DNA of 45,600 nucleotides, taken from contig JAZRCU010000160.1 in assembly GCA_045659965.1 (NCBI GenBank), positions 1 through 45,600 on the forward strand, read 5' to 3'. Origin of the DNA: Faecousia sp. (lineage in GTDB: Bacteria; Bacillota; Clostridia; Oscillospirales; Oscillospiraceae). A program made the translations under genes and the position numbers. Positions 1 through 10,300 of this stretch are shown here, piece by piece. Under the pieces are notes generated by a model. The model was not told the origin of the DNA, did not search any database, and was given only the letters and a program-made list of their open reading frames with translations. Within the stretch, counting starts at the first letter, position 1, and every line of letters begins with the position of its first letter.

Positions 1-308
1 CGGACAGGCCCCTTCCGTGACTACATTCGATTATAGGAGCATGAGCCCTGAGCAGCGAAACGCGCTTAAGGCAAAAATCCGCTCCGGGGAGAAAATTTAT
101 CCCGGTCAAGTGTAACCCGGAATTTTCTCCCTCTGAGTACATCATTTTTCGGAAGGAGAAATAATTATGAAAAAGTTCATTTATAACCTTATGGCAATCG
201 CCATGAACCTGCAGCTGTTTGCTGATGCAGGCACTCTGGTCAACGCAACCGGCAGCTATGTGAATGCTGGTACCGGTGCAACCACTCCGTTTGACGCTTC
301 CAACAGCC
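1..308. repeat. Left copy of an imperfect terminal direct repeat (matches 45292-45600)
   Basis: First 57 nt are identical to 45292-45348; the remainder is colinear with many mostly synonymous substitutions and a 1-nt indel. Confidence 0.95.
2..115 (+). CDS. 3' end of the capsid scaffolding protein gene (variant copy, partial)
   Basis: Translates GQAPSVTTFDYRSMSPEQRNALKAKIRSGEKIYPGQV*, nearly the same as the C-terminus of 44426-45406. Confidence 0.85.
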   Translation, partial: GQAPSVTTFDYRSMSPEQRNALKAKIRSGEKIYPGQV

Positions 309-1270
309 TTTCCGGTGAGCTGAAGGTATTCTATGATACCGAGCTGCTGGAAAATGCCCGTGTGGAAATGTTCTATGCACAGTTTGCTAAGAAGCAGAAC
401 CTGCCTGCTAACCGCGGTACTACCGTGGAATGGCGTAAGTGGAATACCTTCCAAAAGGCTTCCCAGCTGCAGGAAGGTGTTATCCCCACCGGTCAGAAGT
501 TCGGTATGAGCTCCAAGACCGGCGCTATCAACCAGTACGGTACCTATGCAGCCATCACCGACAAGCTGGAACTGCGTGCCTATGATGATGTGATTCTGGG
601 CGCTACTGAGGAAATGGGCGCTTCTGCCGCTGAGACCCAGGAAACCCTGATCCGTGACGCACTGCTGGTCAACACCAACGTGCTGTACTGCGACAACGTC
701 ACTCTGGCTACCGGTGTTGCTGCCGGCACTCCCACCACCCCGGCTGAAATGGAAGCGTCCGCTACCGTCATGTGTATGCTGACCCCTGATAGTGTGGCTA
801 AGGCTGTCACTATCATGAAGAAGAACCGTGTACCTACCATCAACGGTAAGTATTACGCCGTCATTCATCCTTCTGTTGCCTATGACCTGCGCAAGAGCAA
901 GGAGTGGATCGAGGCCCACAAGTATGCGGCTACTTCCGAGATCTTCAACGGCGAAATCGGTGAGCTGCACGGCTGCCGCTTCATTGAGAACGTGTTCGCT
1001 CCTATTCTGGGTGACACCTACAAGAACAAGGCAGGCGGCGTGACCTATGCAACCTACTTCTTTGGTAAGGATGCCTTTGGTATCATTGACCCCGAGGGCG
1101 GCGCACTGGAAATGATCGTGAAGGATAAAGGCCAGATCGGCGGTCCTCTGAACCAGTTCTCTACCATTGGTTACAAGTTTGAGACCAATGGCGCTACCAT
1201 CCTTTACACCGAGCGTTTGCTGCGCGTTATGAGCTGTTCCAGCTTCAGCGCAACTGACGTTGTAAACTAA
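167..1270 (+). CDS. Major capsid protein (N4-gp56-like family)
   Basis: 367 aa; follows the scaffold; AAGGAG RBS; motifs LPANRGTTVEWRKW, FNGEIGELHGCRFIE and GGPLNQFSTIGYK; N-terminal MNLQLFA Prp-type motif. Confidence 0.9.
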   Translation: MKKFIYNLMAIAMNLQLFADAGTLVNATGSYVNAGTGATTPFDASNSLSGELKVFYDTELLENARVEMFYAQFAKKQNLPANRGTTVEWRKWNTFQKASQLQEGVIPTGQKFGMSSKTGAINQYGTYAAITDKLELRAYDDVILGATEEMGASAAETQETLIRDALLVNTNVLYCDNVTLATGVAAGTPTTPAEMEASATVMCMLTPDSVAKAVTIMKKNRVPTINGKYYAVIHPSVAYDLRKSKEWIEAHKYAATSEIFNGEIGELHGCRFIENVFAPILGDTYKNKAGGVTYATYFFGKDAFGIIDPEGGALEMIVKDKGQIGGPLNQFSTIGYKFETNGATILYTERLLRVMSCSSFSATDVVN

Positions 1271-1276
1271 GCTGAC

Positions 1277-1309
1277 CGGAGGGGCACGGCTATTAGCCCT
1301 GCCCCTCTG
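1277..1309 (+). terminator. GC-rich hairpin after the capsid gene (partial terminator or mRNA stabiliser)
   Basis: cggaggggca...tgcccctctg inverted repeat with only a weak U tract. Confidence 0.55.
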
Positions 1310-1329
1310 TAATTTAAGGAGGAATTATT

Positions 1330-1572
1330 ATGGCTACCGACAATAACACACAGACTACACCCAAAGATGATCGTGTGGAGATCTTTGTTCCCAAGGGCTA
1401 TGCCAATGACGAGCCGAATCTAATGATCGCGGTAAACGGCGTAAACTATGTGCTTCCCAAGGGAAAGACTTCCCAGGTGCCCAAGCACATTGCTGAGGAG
1501 TTCTACAGATCCCAGAAAGCTCAGGAAGCCCTGGACAAACGTGTAGATACGATGCTGGAAGCATCCAAGTAA
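1330..1572 (+). CDS. Small head-associated hypothetical protein
   Basis: AAGGAGG RBS; 80 aa; directly follows the capsid gene. Confidence 0.75.
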   Translation: MATDNNTQTTPKDDRVEIFVPKGYANDEPNLMIAVNGVNYVLPKGKTSQVPKHIAEEFYRSQKAQEALDKRVDTMLEASK

Positions 1573-1576
1573 TAAG

Positions 1577-1603
1577 AGGGGGGCGTCACAGCTCCCCTTT
1601 TTT
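1577..1603 (+). terminator. Intrinsic terminator
   Basis: aggggggc/gctcccct stem followed by TTTTT. Confidence 0.65.
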
Positions 1604-1621
1604 GGATAGGAGGGAATATCA

Positions 1622-1996
1622 ATGAAGATTATTGAGGCAATCAGAAGACTGGATGCGCTGAAATTCAATACTTATAACCAAGAAGATAAGGTGGACTGGC
1701 TGTCCAGGCTGGATAGCATGGTAAAGAAACAAATCATCGATACCCATGAAGGCACTGAGGAAACCACCTTTACTGGCTATGATGATAGTACAAGCCTGGA
1801 AACCGTGCTGCTGGTACCGAGTCCGCATGATGAGATGTATCTGCGGTGGATGGAAGCCCAGATAGACTACAACAACGGCGAATACGATAAGTACAACAAT
1901 GCCATTATCCTGTTTAAGGCGGCGTTTGAGGATTACGCAGCATACTATAACCAAACACATAAGCCTGTAAGCAGAGGCAGGCGCTTTCTGTTCTGA
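1622..1996 (+). CDS. Head-tail adaptor protein
   Basis: GGAGG RBS; 124 aa helical protein with LLVPSPHDEMY...IDYNNGEYDKYNN; lies between capsid and nozzle genes. Confidence 0.65.
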   Translation: MKIIEAIRRLDALKFNTYNQEDKVDWLSRLDSMVKKQIIDTHEGTEETTFTGYDDSTSLETVLLVPSPHDEMYLRWMEAQIDYNNGEYDKYNNAIILFKAAFEDYAAYYNQTHKPVSRGRRFLF

Positions 1997-2010
1997 TAGG
2001 GGGAATGGGA

Positions 2011-3750
2011 ATGAGATACCCTACACTGTATACAAAAGGCAACGACAGACAGATGGTGGATACCTTTAAGGGGTACAACCACAATCTGCGAATTGGCAGC
2101 GGGGAATTCTTTGATATGAAGAATATGACCTCTGATTATTACCCTGTATTGTCTCCCAGAAAGAGGCGTGGTGTGTACGCCTCCCCTGTTGCCCCCAATG
2201 GGATGATTGCCAAGGACAGTTTATGCTATGTGGATGGCACCAACTTTGTAATGAACGAATATGTGGTCAACATGCAACTGAATGATGAGCCGAAGCAGCT
2301 GATTTCCATGGGTGCTTATGTAATCATCATGCCTGATAAGAAGTACATCAATACACTGGACTTGACGGACTGGGGCAGCATTGAGGCAGCTTTTTCTACC
2401 ACCACTGATGTTAGCTTTACCCTGTGCAATATATCCGGTGATACTTACGGGGAAGCGGCTGTATCGGAAACGGCCCCTGTGAACCCGGAGAACATGGACC
2501 TATGGATTGACACATCCAGTACGCCACACGCATTAAAGCAGTATTCTGCTACCAGTTCTATTTGGGTCAGTATTGCAACCACCTATATCAAGATCACGGC
2601 AACAGGCATTGGAAAGGCGTTTAACCAATATGACGGTGTGATGATTTCCGGTGTGCTGGCAGAGGAATTGCAGGATCTAAATGCTTCCATTGTGATATGG
2701 GCGAAGGATGATGATTATATCGTTGTTCCTGGGATTGCAGATCATGTATTCACCCAGGCAGCCATTGCGGGTGCTGTGACGGTGGAACGGAAAATGCCGG
2801 AAATGGACTTTATTACCGAGTGCAATAACCGGCTTTGGGGCTGTAGGTATGGCGTTGCTGCAAATGGTCAGGTTGTCAATGAAATCTATGCCTCCAAATT
2901 AGGAGACTTTAAGAACTGGAATTGTTTCATGGGAATATCCACGGATAGTTGGGTTGGTTCTGTTGGTACGGACGGACAGTTTACCGGTGCCATCACACAT
3001 CTTGGCTTTCCTGTGTTTTTCAAAGAGAACTGCCTGCACAAGGTCTATATTAGCTCAGCCGGCGCCCACCAGATCCAGGATACAGCTTGCCGTGGTGTTG
3101 AGAAGGGCAGTCACTTGAGCCTTGCTATTGTGAATGAGACCCTGTTCTACAAGGCCAGAAGCGGCGTGTGTGCTTATGACGGTGCTTTACCTACGGAGGT
3201 GTCCTATGTGATGGGCAACGAGGTATACCATGAAGCGGTAGGCGGTGCCCATGGCAACAAATACTACATCTCCATGAATGACCTACAGGGAACATGGCAC
3301 CTGTTTGTGTATGACACTGCAAAGAGCATGTGGCACAAGGAGGATGATTTGCAGGCAGAAGCCTTTTGTTCCTGCCGTGGGGAAATGTACGCAGTCAGCA
3401 AAGGGAAGATCATTACTCTGATGGGCTCCGGGACACCGGATACGGGAGAAGTGGAATGGATGGCAGAGACCGGGGAAATTGGTATATCATCCCCGGATAT
3501 GAAGTATATATCCAGGCTGAATGTGCGAATGGCGATGGATATTGGTGCTGAGGTCAGTTTTTTTGCCCAGTATGATTTTAGTGAGGAATGGGAACCGCTT
3601 TTCAGCATGAGAGGCACTAACCTTCGCAGTTTCTCTATCCCTATCCGGCCAAAGCGGTGCGACAATATGAAGCTTCGCATTGAGGGTGTGGGTATGGTGA
3701 AGATCTACTCCATCACCAAGACCATTGAGCAAGGAAGTGATATCTCATGA
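2011..3750 (+). CDS. Tail nozzle / DNA stabilisation protein (P22 gp10 or T7 gp12-like)
   Basis: ~580 aa beta-rich protein (FITECNNRLWGC, IYASKLGDFKNW, LFVYDT..MWHKED) after the adaptor; ATG 2011 is better spaced from the GGGGG RBS than 2005. Confidence 0.7.
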   Translation: MRYPTLYTKGNDRQMVDTFKGYNHNLRIGSGEFFDMKNMTSDYYPVLSPRKRRGVYASPVAPNGMIAKDSLCYVDGTNFVMNEYVVNMQLNDEPKQLISMGAYVIIMPDKKYINTLDLTDWGSIEAAFSTTTDVSFTLCNISGDTYGEAAVSETAPVNPENMDLWIDTSSTPHALKQYSATSSIWVSIATTYIKITATGIGKAFNQYDGVMISGVLAEELQDLNASIVIWAKDDDYIVVPGIADHVFTQAAIAGAVTVERKMPEMDFITECNNRLWGCRYGVAANGQVVNEIYASKLGDFKNWNCFMGISTDSWVGSVGTDGQFTGAITHLGFPVFFKENCLHKVYISSAGAHQIQDTACRGVEKGSHLSLAIVNETLFYKARSGVCAYDGALPTEVSYVMGNEVYHEAVGGAHGNKYYISMNDLQGTWHLFVYDTAKSMWHKEDDLQAEAFCSCRGEMYAVSKGKIITLMGSGTPDTGEVEWMAETGEIGISSPDMKYISRLNVRMAMDIGAEVSFFAQYDFSEEWEPLFSMRGTNLRSFSIPIRPKRCDNMKLRIEGVGMVKIYSITKTIEQGSDIS

Positions 3751-4475
3751 TAGTAGACCTGAGATACCCAAATATAAACGGCAAAACCACAGAGGAACAG
3801 CTGGTACAGACAAAGCTGTATCTAAAAGGTTTAGTGGATCAACTTAATTTCACTTTACAGGAAGTGGGGGGCGTTTCTGTTGGATCTGCTTCTGTAACAG
3901 GAACAGCGCTTGTCTCCAAATCAGAAAAAGAAAGCAACGCGATTGCGACATTTAATGATATTAAAGCACTGATTATCAAATCTGCGGATATTGTGAATGC
4001 CTACTATGACCAGATCAACACAAAGTTGGAAGGCGTGTATGTTGCAGAATCGGACTTTGGTTCTTACGCAGAGCAAACCACGCAGGATATTTTGGCGAAT
4101 TCCACCTCTATTCAGCAGATATATTCCGACATTCAGGCAATCATTACGGATATTGACAATCTGGAACACAGCAAGATTGAAACAAACGCTTATATCAACT
4201 CTGGCCTGCTGTTCTACAATGCTTCTGGTGTGCCGGTGTATGGATTGGAGATCGGACAGCGCAACACCATTGATGGCGTGGAGGTATTCAACAAATATGC
4301 CAGATTTACTTCTGACAAGCTTTCTTTCTATGACAGTAACAACAATGAAGTTGCCTATGTATCAGACCGGAAGCTATATATCACGGTGGTGGAAGTGACG
4401 GGAGAACTGATCCGCGGGAAGCTTGTAGATATCGTTCAGACGAATGGCACCATCGTAACAAAGTGGATTCAGTAA
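3747..4475 (+). CDS. Tail-associated structural protein with coiled coil
   Basis: ATGA overlap with the previous gene; 242 aa; coiled-coil middle and beta-rich C-terminus. Confidence 0.6.
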   Translation: MIVDLRYPNINGKTTEEQLVQTKLYLKGLVDQLNFTLQEVGGVSVGSASVTGTALVSKSEKESNAIATFNDIKALIIKSADIVNAYYDQINTKLEGVYVAESDFGSYAEQTTQDILANSTSIQQIYSDIQAIITDIDNLEHSKIETNAYINSGLLFYNASGVPVYGLEIGQRNTIDGVEVFNKYARFTSDKLSFYDSNNNEVAYVSDRKLYITVVEVTGELIRGKLVDIVQTNGTIVTKWIQ

Positions 4476-4487
4476 GGAGGGTAGGTA

Positions 4488-6083
4488 ATGGCAACATTAA
4501 CAGGAAGTTATCAATATATCGGCAGGACAAATGCGGTTTCCTGCGCTTCCGGGTGGAATTACTACATCCTCCTTTATGCAAAAACCAGTGGAAGCATTAC
4601 TACCGGCAAACACACGGTAACGGTGCTTATGCGGCTGGCCTGTACTTCGGATTCCACATTCTATGGATACCGTACAGATGGTTTTGTAAAAGTGGAAGAT
4701 ACCGCGGCTATCTCTTGGACAAGTGCCAGAAAACCCGATACCTCGTGGAGTAGTAGTCCCAGTATTACTGAGGGCGGCGTTTATTATTACCGTTATGTAG
4801 ACTTGGGGGAAGGAAGTGTAGAGGTCAATACAGGGTGGGGATCAGCAAAGGATATTACCATTTCCACCTCTTGGGGCCGTGTGGAGAGCGTTACCACAGC
4901 TCCAAACTGGCTCCCCTACTACAAGACCTATGCCACAGCAAGCATTACCGTAACGCTTCCCATGATCGCCGGCGCTTCTACCATCAGTGCAGTAGGAAAT
5001 GTGACACTGGGAAATGCCTGCAGCGTAAAATGGACACCCATTGCAGCATCGCTGCGATATAAGATTAAGTTCTCTTTGGGAAGTTGGAGCTATACCACAG
5101 GGGTGATTCACCCCAATACTACGGCGGCCTATACCTATACCGGGTATGCAATCCCGCTGGAGGTGGCTAATCAGATCACTGGTTCACCACCCACAGGGAC
5201 TATGACAGCAACGCTGTATACCTATTCTGACAGCGGTGGTACCACGCAGCTGGGAAGTGCGTCTTCAAAAACCTTCACGGTTACGGTACCGGACAATTCT
5301 TCCACAAAACCAAGTGTAAGCTTTTCTGCGGTTACGCCGGTAAGCTCCCTTGCCTCCCCATTCAGCACACTGTATATCAAGGGAAAAAGCAAGGTGAAAG
5401 CAACGATTTCCGCGTCCGGAAAATATGGTGCTTCTATTACAGAAAGCAGCTACACAGTGGATGGAAAGAGCTATGGAAGCGGTGTTACCTCCGATTATCT
5501 GTCCGGCACAGGAACAGTGACGATAAAGGCCACGGTAAAGGACAGCAGAGGGTTTGTAAATACCTACTCTATCAGTATCACGGTGTATGATTACGCAAAG
5601 CCAACTATACAGGTGAGCACCTGCGCCAGATCAGACGCTTCCGGAAACCTGAGCGACACCGGCACAAGTCTTAAAATCGCGGCAAATAGGACCATATCCT
5701 CCGTTGGCGGAAACAACACCTGCAGCATGTGGTATCAGTGGAAACTGGCAACGGCGGCAGACAGCGCTTTTTCCAGTAAGGTTACCCTGACGAGCAATGC
5801 ATCTTACAGCGGCGTGATTACCAACGTGGTATTTAATACGCAGGCAAGCTATGTGATTCGCTTAGGTGTGACCGATGGAGTGGGTGAAACGTCCACAGCA
5901 ACCTTTACCATTCTCACGGAGAAGATCTACTGGCACAGAGGAAATGACTTCCTATCACTGGGTATGTACTCCCAAAGCGGTGGTTTTGAATGCGGATGGC
6001 CCGCAAGGTTCTATGCTCAGGTTTACATCGGTGATGTGACGCTGGAAAACTACATTAAAAATTTGATTAGTGGAGGAGGATAA
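4488..6083 (+). CDS. Minor tail protein with Ig-like S/T-rich domains (DUF859-like)
   Basis: AAGGAGG RBS; motifs YIKGKSKVKATISASGKYGASI and TVKDSRG...ITVYDYAKP typical of DUF859-type virion proteins. Confidence 0.6.
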   Translation: MATLTGSYQYIGRTNAVSCASGWNYYILLYAKTSGSITTGKHTVTVLMRLACTSDSTFYGYRTDGFVKVEDTAAISWTSARKPDTSWSSSPSITEGGVYYYRYVDLGEGSVEVNTGWGSAKDITISTSWGRVESVTTAPNWLPYYKTYATASITVTLPMIAGASTISAVGNVTLGNACSVKWTPIAASLRYKIKFSLGSWSYTTGVIHPNTTAAYTYTGYAIPLEVANQITGSPPTGTMTATLYTYSDSGGTTQLGSASSKTFTVTVPDNSSTKPSVSFSAVTPVSSLASPFSTLYIKGKSKVKATISASGKYGASITESSYTVDGKSYGSGVTSDYLSGTGTVTIKATVKDSRGFVNTYSISITVYDYAKPTIQVSTCARSDASGNLSDTGTSLKIAANRTISSVGGNNTCSMWYQWKLATAADSAFSSKVTLTSNASYSGVITNVVFNTQASYVIRLGVTDGVGETSTATFTILTEKIYWHRGNDFLSLGMYSQSGGFECGWPARFYAQVYIGDVTLENYIKNLISGGG

Positions 6084-6089
6084 TCCATT

Positions 6090-7346
6090 ATGGCAACTTA
6101 TAAACAGCTCAGTTACGGCTCCAAGGGCAGCGAGGTAACGGAACTTCAGAAGCTGCTCAATCAGAACGGAAGCTATAACCTGGCAACAGACGGAATCTTC
6201 GGTGATAATACGAAGGCCGCGGTCACTGACTACCAGAAGAAAAACAATCTTGCTGTAGACGGCATTGTGGGTGAAAACACATGGGGTGCCCTGACGAAAG
6301 CGCAGACCCAAACTGCAGCACCTGCAGAGGCTGCACCGGAGCAGACTCCCACGTTTTCTTATGGTGACTATAAGCCCAGCGACACGGTTGCCCAGGCCCA
6401 GACCCTGCTGCAGCAGCAGATGGCACAAAAACCCGGCCAGTACCAGTCTACATGGGAAGGACAGCTGAATGACACCATCCAGCAGATTCTGAACCGTGAT
6501 AAGTTTACCTATGATGTGAATCGGGACGCCCTGTATCAGCAGTATGCAGACCAGTATGTGAGACAGGGAAAACTTGCATCGATGGATACCATGGGACAGG
6601 CAGCAGCACTTACTGGCGGTTATGGGAGCTCCTACGGTCAGAGTGTCGGTCAGCAAGCTTATCAGGCGTATCTGCAACAACTCAATGAAGTGGTACCGGA
6701 GCTCTACGGTAGGGCCCTGGATCAGTACAACCAGGAGGGACAGCAGTTGTATGACCAAGCTGCACTCATGGCCCAGATGGAGGACAAGGACTACGGCAGA
6801 TACATGGACAATATGAACGCATGGCTTACCGAAAGAGATTACCTTGCCAATAGATTCGATACCGAGCGTGATTACGATTACGGCAAGTGGGCAGATGGCA
6901 GAGACTTCTCCTACGGGCAGTTTATTGATGACCGCAACATGGGCTACCAGCAGGAACGTGACCAGGTGGCTGACCAGAAGTGGCAGAAGGAATATGATTT
7001 TGCTGTGCAGCAGTATGCGGATTCACAAAAGGCGAAAAGCAGTGGATCTGGTTCTGGTAGCGGTTCTGGAGATAAAGGAAATACTGGGCTTACCTACAAC
7101 CAGATGCTTGAGCTTGAAGAAAAGGTTGGAAGCTGGGCAGAAAAGGGCGTGGATTATCTGAATACACAGCTCAGCTATTGGGTCTCCAAGTATGGTTTGG
7201 ATGCAGATTATGCCGCCGATCTTTTGATGTATTACTTCCCGGACGAATTTAAGGAACAAATCAATACTGATGTTTCGCTGCCCAAAAAAAATCCTGCAGT
7301 GAGATTAGCTGGGTCTGGAGCAATGCAGACTTATAAGCTTAATTAA
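6090..7346 (+). CDS. Internal virion / ejection protein with N-terminal peptidoglycan-binding domain
   Basis: PG_binding_1 pattern (LSYGSKGSEVTELQKLL..DGIFGDNTKAAVTDYQKKNNLAVDGIVGENTW) followed by a Q/Y-rich helical region (GQAAALTGGYGSSYGQSVGQQAY). Confidence 0.7.
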   Translation: MATYKQLSYGSKGSEVTELQKLLNQNGSYNLATDGIFGDNTKAAVTDYQKKNNLAVDGIVGENTWGALTKAQTQTAAPAEAAPEQTPTFSYGDYKPSDTVAQAQTLLQQQMAQKPGQYQSTWEGQLNDTIQQILNRDKFTYDVNRDALYQQYADQYVRQGKLASMDTMGQAAALTGGYGSSYGQSVGQQAYQAYLQQLNEVVPELYGRALDQYNQEGQQLYDQAALMAQMEDKDYGRYMDNMNAWLTERDYLANRFDTERDYDYGKWADGRDFSYGQFIDDRNMGYQQERDQVADQKWQKEYDFAVQQYADSQKAKSSGSGSGSGSGDKGNTGLTYNQMLELEEKVGSWAEKGVDYLNTQLSYWVSKYGLDADYAADLLMYYFPDEFKEQINTDVSLPKKNPAVRLAGSGAMQTYKLN

Positions 7347-7367
7347 AATAGTTGGGAGGGACACACA

Positions 7368-10300
7368 ATGGCTTTTGATCTATTAACATATGCGAAAGAA
7401 AGAAAGAAAGAAACCGGCAGCTCGACACAACAGGCTCAAGAGGGACAGGGGCAGTTCGACCTGAAGGACTATGCTATGCGCAAAAATGCGGGAAATGTGG
7501 CAAAAATTCTTTCTGACCGTGTAAATACATGGATTCAGAACCACAATAATTACATCCAAAACCACCAAACCAGATATTCCGGCAGAAAGTTCAACTATGA
7601 GGATGCCTATGTGAGTGACTCCAAAGACTGGTTGGATACTGTCAATAAGCAGAGACTTAAATTCCAGGCAGAGGCAGACAACATCCTCTCCTATCTGGAT
7701 CAGTATAAGGGATATCTGGATTCTGACTGGGCGAATGAAGTTCAAAAGGCATTGACCGATAGCTTGCAGCAGCAGAAAAGCATTTACACTGCCGCTTTAC
7801 AGGACAATAGCTGGTGGAAAAACTTCAAGGATGAGACGGAGTATCAGACCGCTGGGCGCTATGATGGATATAGCAAGAAGTACAGTGGGAAAACTTTCGA
7901 TGATTACCAAAAAGCTTTAGAGATGCTTGAGGACGGAGAGGAAAAAGAATGGCTCCGTATGTATCAAGGAGAAATTTTGAAGGGAAATGAAGATTTTATC
8001 GAGTTCTCTAAAAAAGGTGCTTCAATAGCAAATCCAACATTCGATGATGCCCAGTATAATGGTGTATTGTTTGGGCTGAAATGGGGAAATGATGACGTTG
8101 GGAACATTGTAACCTTCTCCAGAGATAACTGGGAAGCTATTGCAAATGACATGGCAGATGAAAATCTGCATGTTGTAGGTAATTATCTTTATCACTATAT
8201 GGATGAAAATGAGGTTGATGTTTACAACTATCTGCTTGCAAAGGAAGGAAAAGAGCGTGCACAGCAATATCTTGATTCTCTTGAAGATCAGCTGAACAGA
8301 CGGGCCGGAACAGGCATGGCCCAAAATATTATGGGAATCGACAATGATATTCTGCGTGTTGTAACGCAGGGTACATTTGGCTTAACTGCCGGATTGGATC
8401 AATGGGCAAGCGGAACAAGACAATTCTTTACTGATGAACAACTTCCAACCTCCCCTACACAATATGCAAATGCAGAAATATACAATTCTTTAGACGGCTT
8501 GGGACAGAATTTATATACTGCAACCAATGTGATCGGTAATATGGCACCATCAATTCTTGTTTCTGCTGTAGCTGGAGGCATGGGAGTGCCCTTAAAACTG
8601 GCACAGGGCGCAGGTGCGCTTACTATGGGCGTATCCGCAGCAGGTAACGCTTATGCAGATGCCCTTGACAAGGGATATGAAAAGGGGCAAGCGAGAACAT
8701 ACAGTACCCTTGTAGGTGCAGCCGAAGGTGGACTGCAATACTTAATGGGTGGTATTGGAAAGCTTGGCGGTGTAGGCACAGAAAAGATTATGTCCAAAGT
8801 TGCAATGATTGACAATTCTTTGCTTCGCATATCTGCAAAGCTTGGTGTAGATCTACTTGGAGAAGTGGCAGAGGAAGAATTGCAGAATTTCTTGGAACCT
8901 GCGCTTCGGTCTATCATTTTCGGAGAAGATTATGATATGCCAACTATCGACGAGTTGCTGGAAACTGCAATTGTCACCGCTATCACTACCCCTATTCTTG
9001 GCGGTAAAGATACGATCATGGAGGACCTTTCCGAAAGTAAATACTATAAGGACACTTACGGCGGATCTCAGCAGGAGTTGGTGGGTGAGGCGCTTGAAAT
9101 TGACCCAGAAAATGTCTATGCCCAAAAGCTTCAGGGTTATTTGGATAAAGGAAAGAACCTAAACGGCAATCAACTGAACCGGTTGGTACAACAGAATGAT
9201 GCGGCAATCACTGCGCAGGACATGACCACTATCCAGACGGCAGCAGAATCCCGGCTTACGGAGCTGGGGGAAACCGGGGATGTTGCGGCTATTGCAAAGG
9301 TGCTGACAAAGCAGGCTGCTGGTGAAAAACTGTCACCAACTGAACAGAAGCTTATCTCCAACAGTAAGTACGGACAGCGTGTTGCCAATGAGCTGAATCC
9401 AGAGAACATCAATTCTGGGGACTATTCCTCCCAGTGGGCACAGAAACTGGATACCGAGAGAATCAATGCGCAGGAGTATAGCCGCCTTGTGGAGGCTGCC
9501 CAGCTGCCCCAGGAGACAGCACAGGCAACAGCGGTACAGAATGTACCCCAGATGCCAAAAGAGTCACAGCCTGTACAGGCAGAGCCGGTGCAGGAGCCTA
9601 CAGCAACTGTTGCAAAAAATCAAACAGTTGAAGTGCAACCTGAAACCACCGCAGCAAATGACCAGCAAGTTACAGGCAAATTAACTGCTGACGAACCCTC
9701 AGCAGTTGCCGAGGAAACCTCGGTAATTGAGGAAACGGAAGTGGGTACCGTGTCTTTGGAGGATGCTTCCCAAAAATATGGTGCACAGGCGAAGGCTATG
9801 ATTCATACTTATCAGGCTGGGCAGGATGTGGCCAAGTTCGACAAGGCATACCAGGCCGCCTATGATATGGGCAAGGCAGGTGTGAACATCTCCTATGCTT
9901 TGAAAAGTGAGAGTACCAGCTATCTTACCGAGGCCCAAAGAGGTCTGGCATATGAGGCAGGTGAAGCAGCTTCCAACACTACAGCGCATGAACTGGACGC
10001 CAAGAATAAAACTGCTGTCAATGGTAAAACCGGCAGAAAGAAGGGCGTTGTTCGTGGAGACGGCGTAACAGTCAAGGATCTGGACGAAGCGTTCAATCTT
10101 ACGCAGAGCATGGCCTATAAGTATTTGGTAGATGCAGCGGAGGCTACCGGCATTGATATTGTGCTGTATAGGTCTACGCCCAATGCAGAAGGCAAATTCC
10201 AGGAAGCGCAGGGCAAATATAACAGGAATGAACCTGGTACCCTATACATTGACCTGAATGCCGGCCTGCGCAATATCGATGATGCCAACAAACTGCACAG

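Noticed and set aside
1-308. Physical direct terminal repeat of the virion DNA
   Set aside because: Packaging-generated repeats are identical copies; these are diverged and fall mid-operon
8857-9684. Other +1-frame ORFs in the giant gene (8857, 9466; also 11365, 12973, 14797, 18679)
   Set aside because: No convincing SD and the products are R/W/S/C-rich off-frame text, unlike the ORFs at 12112 and 15631
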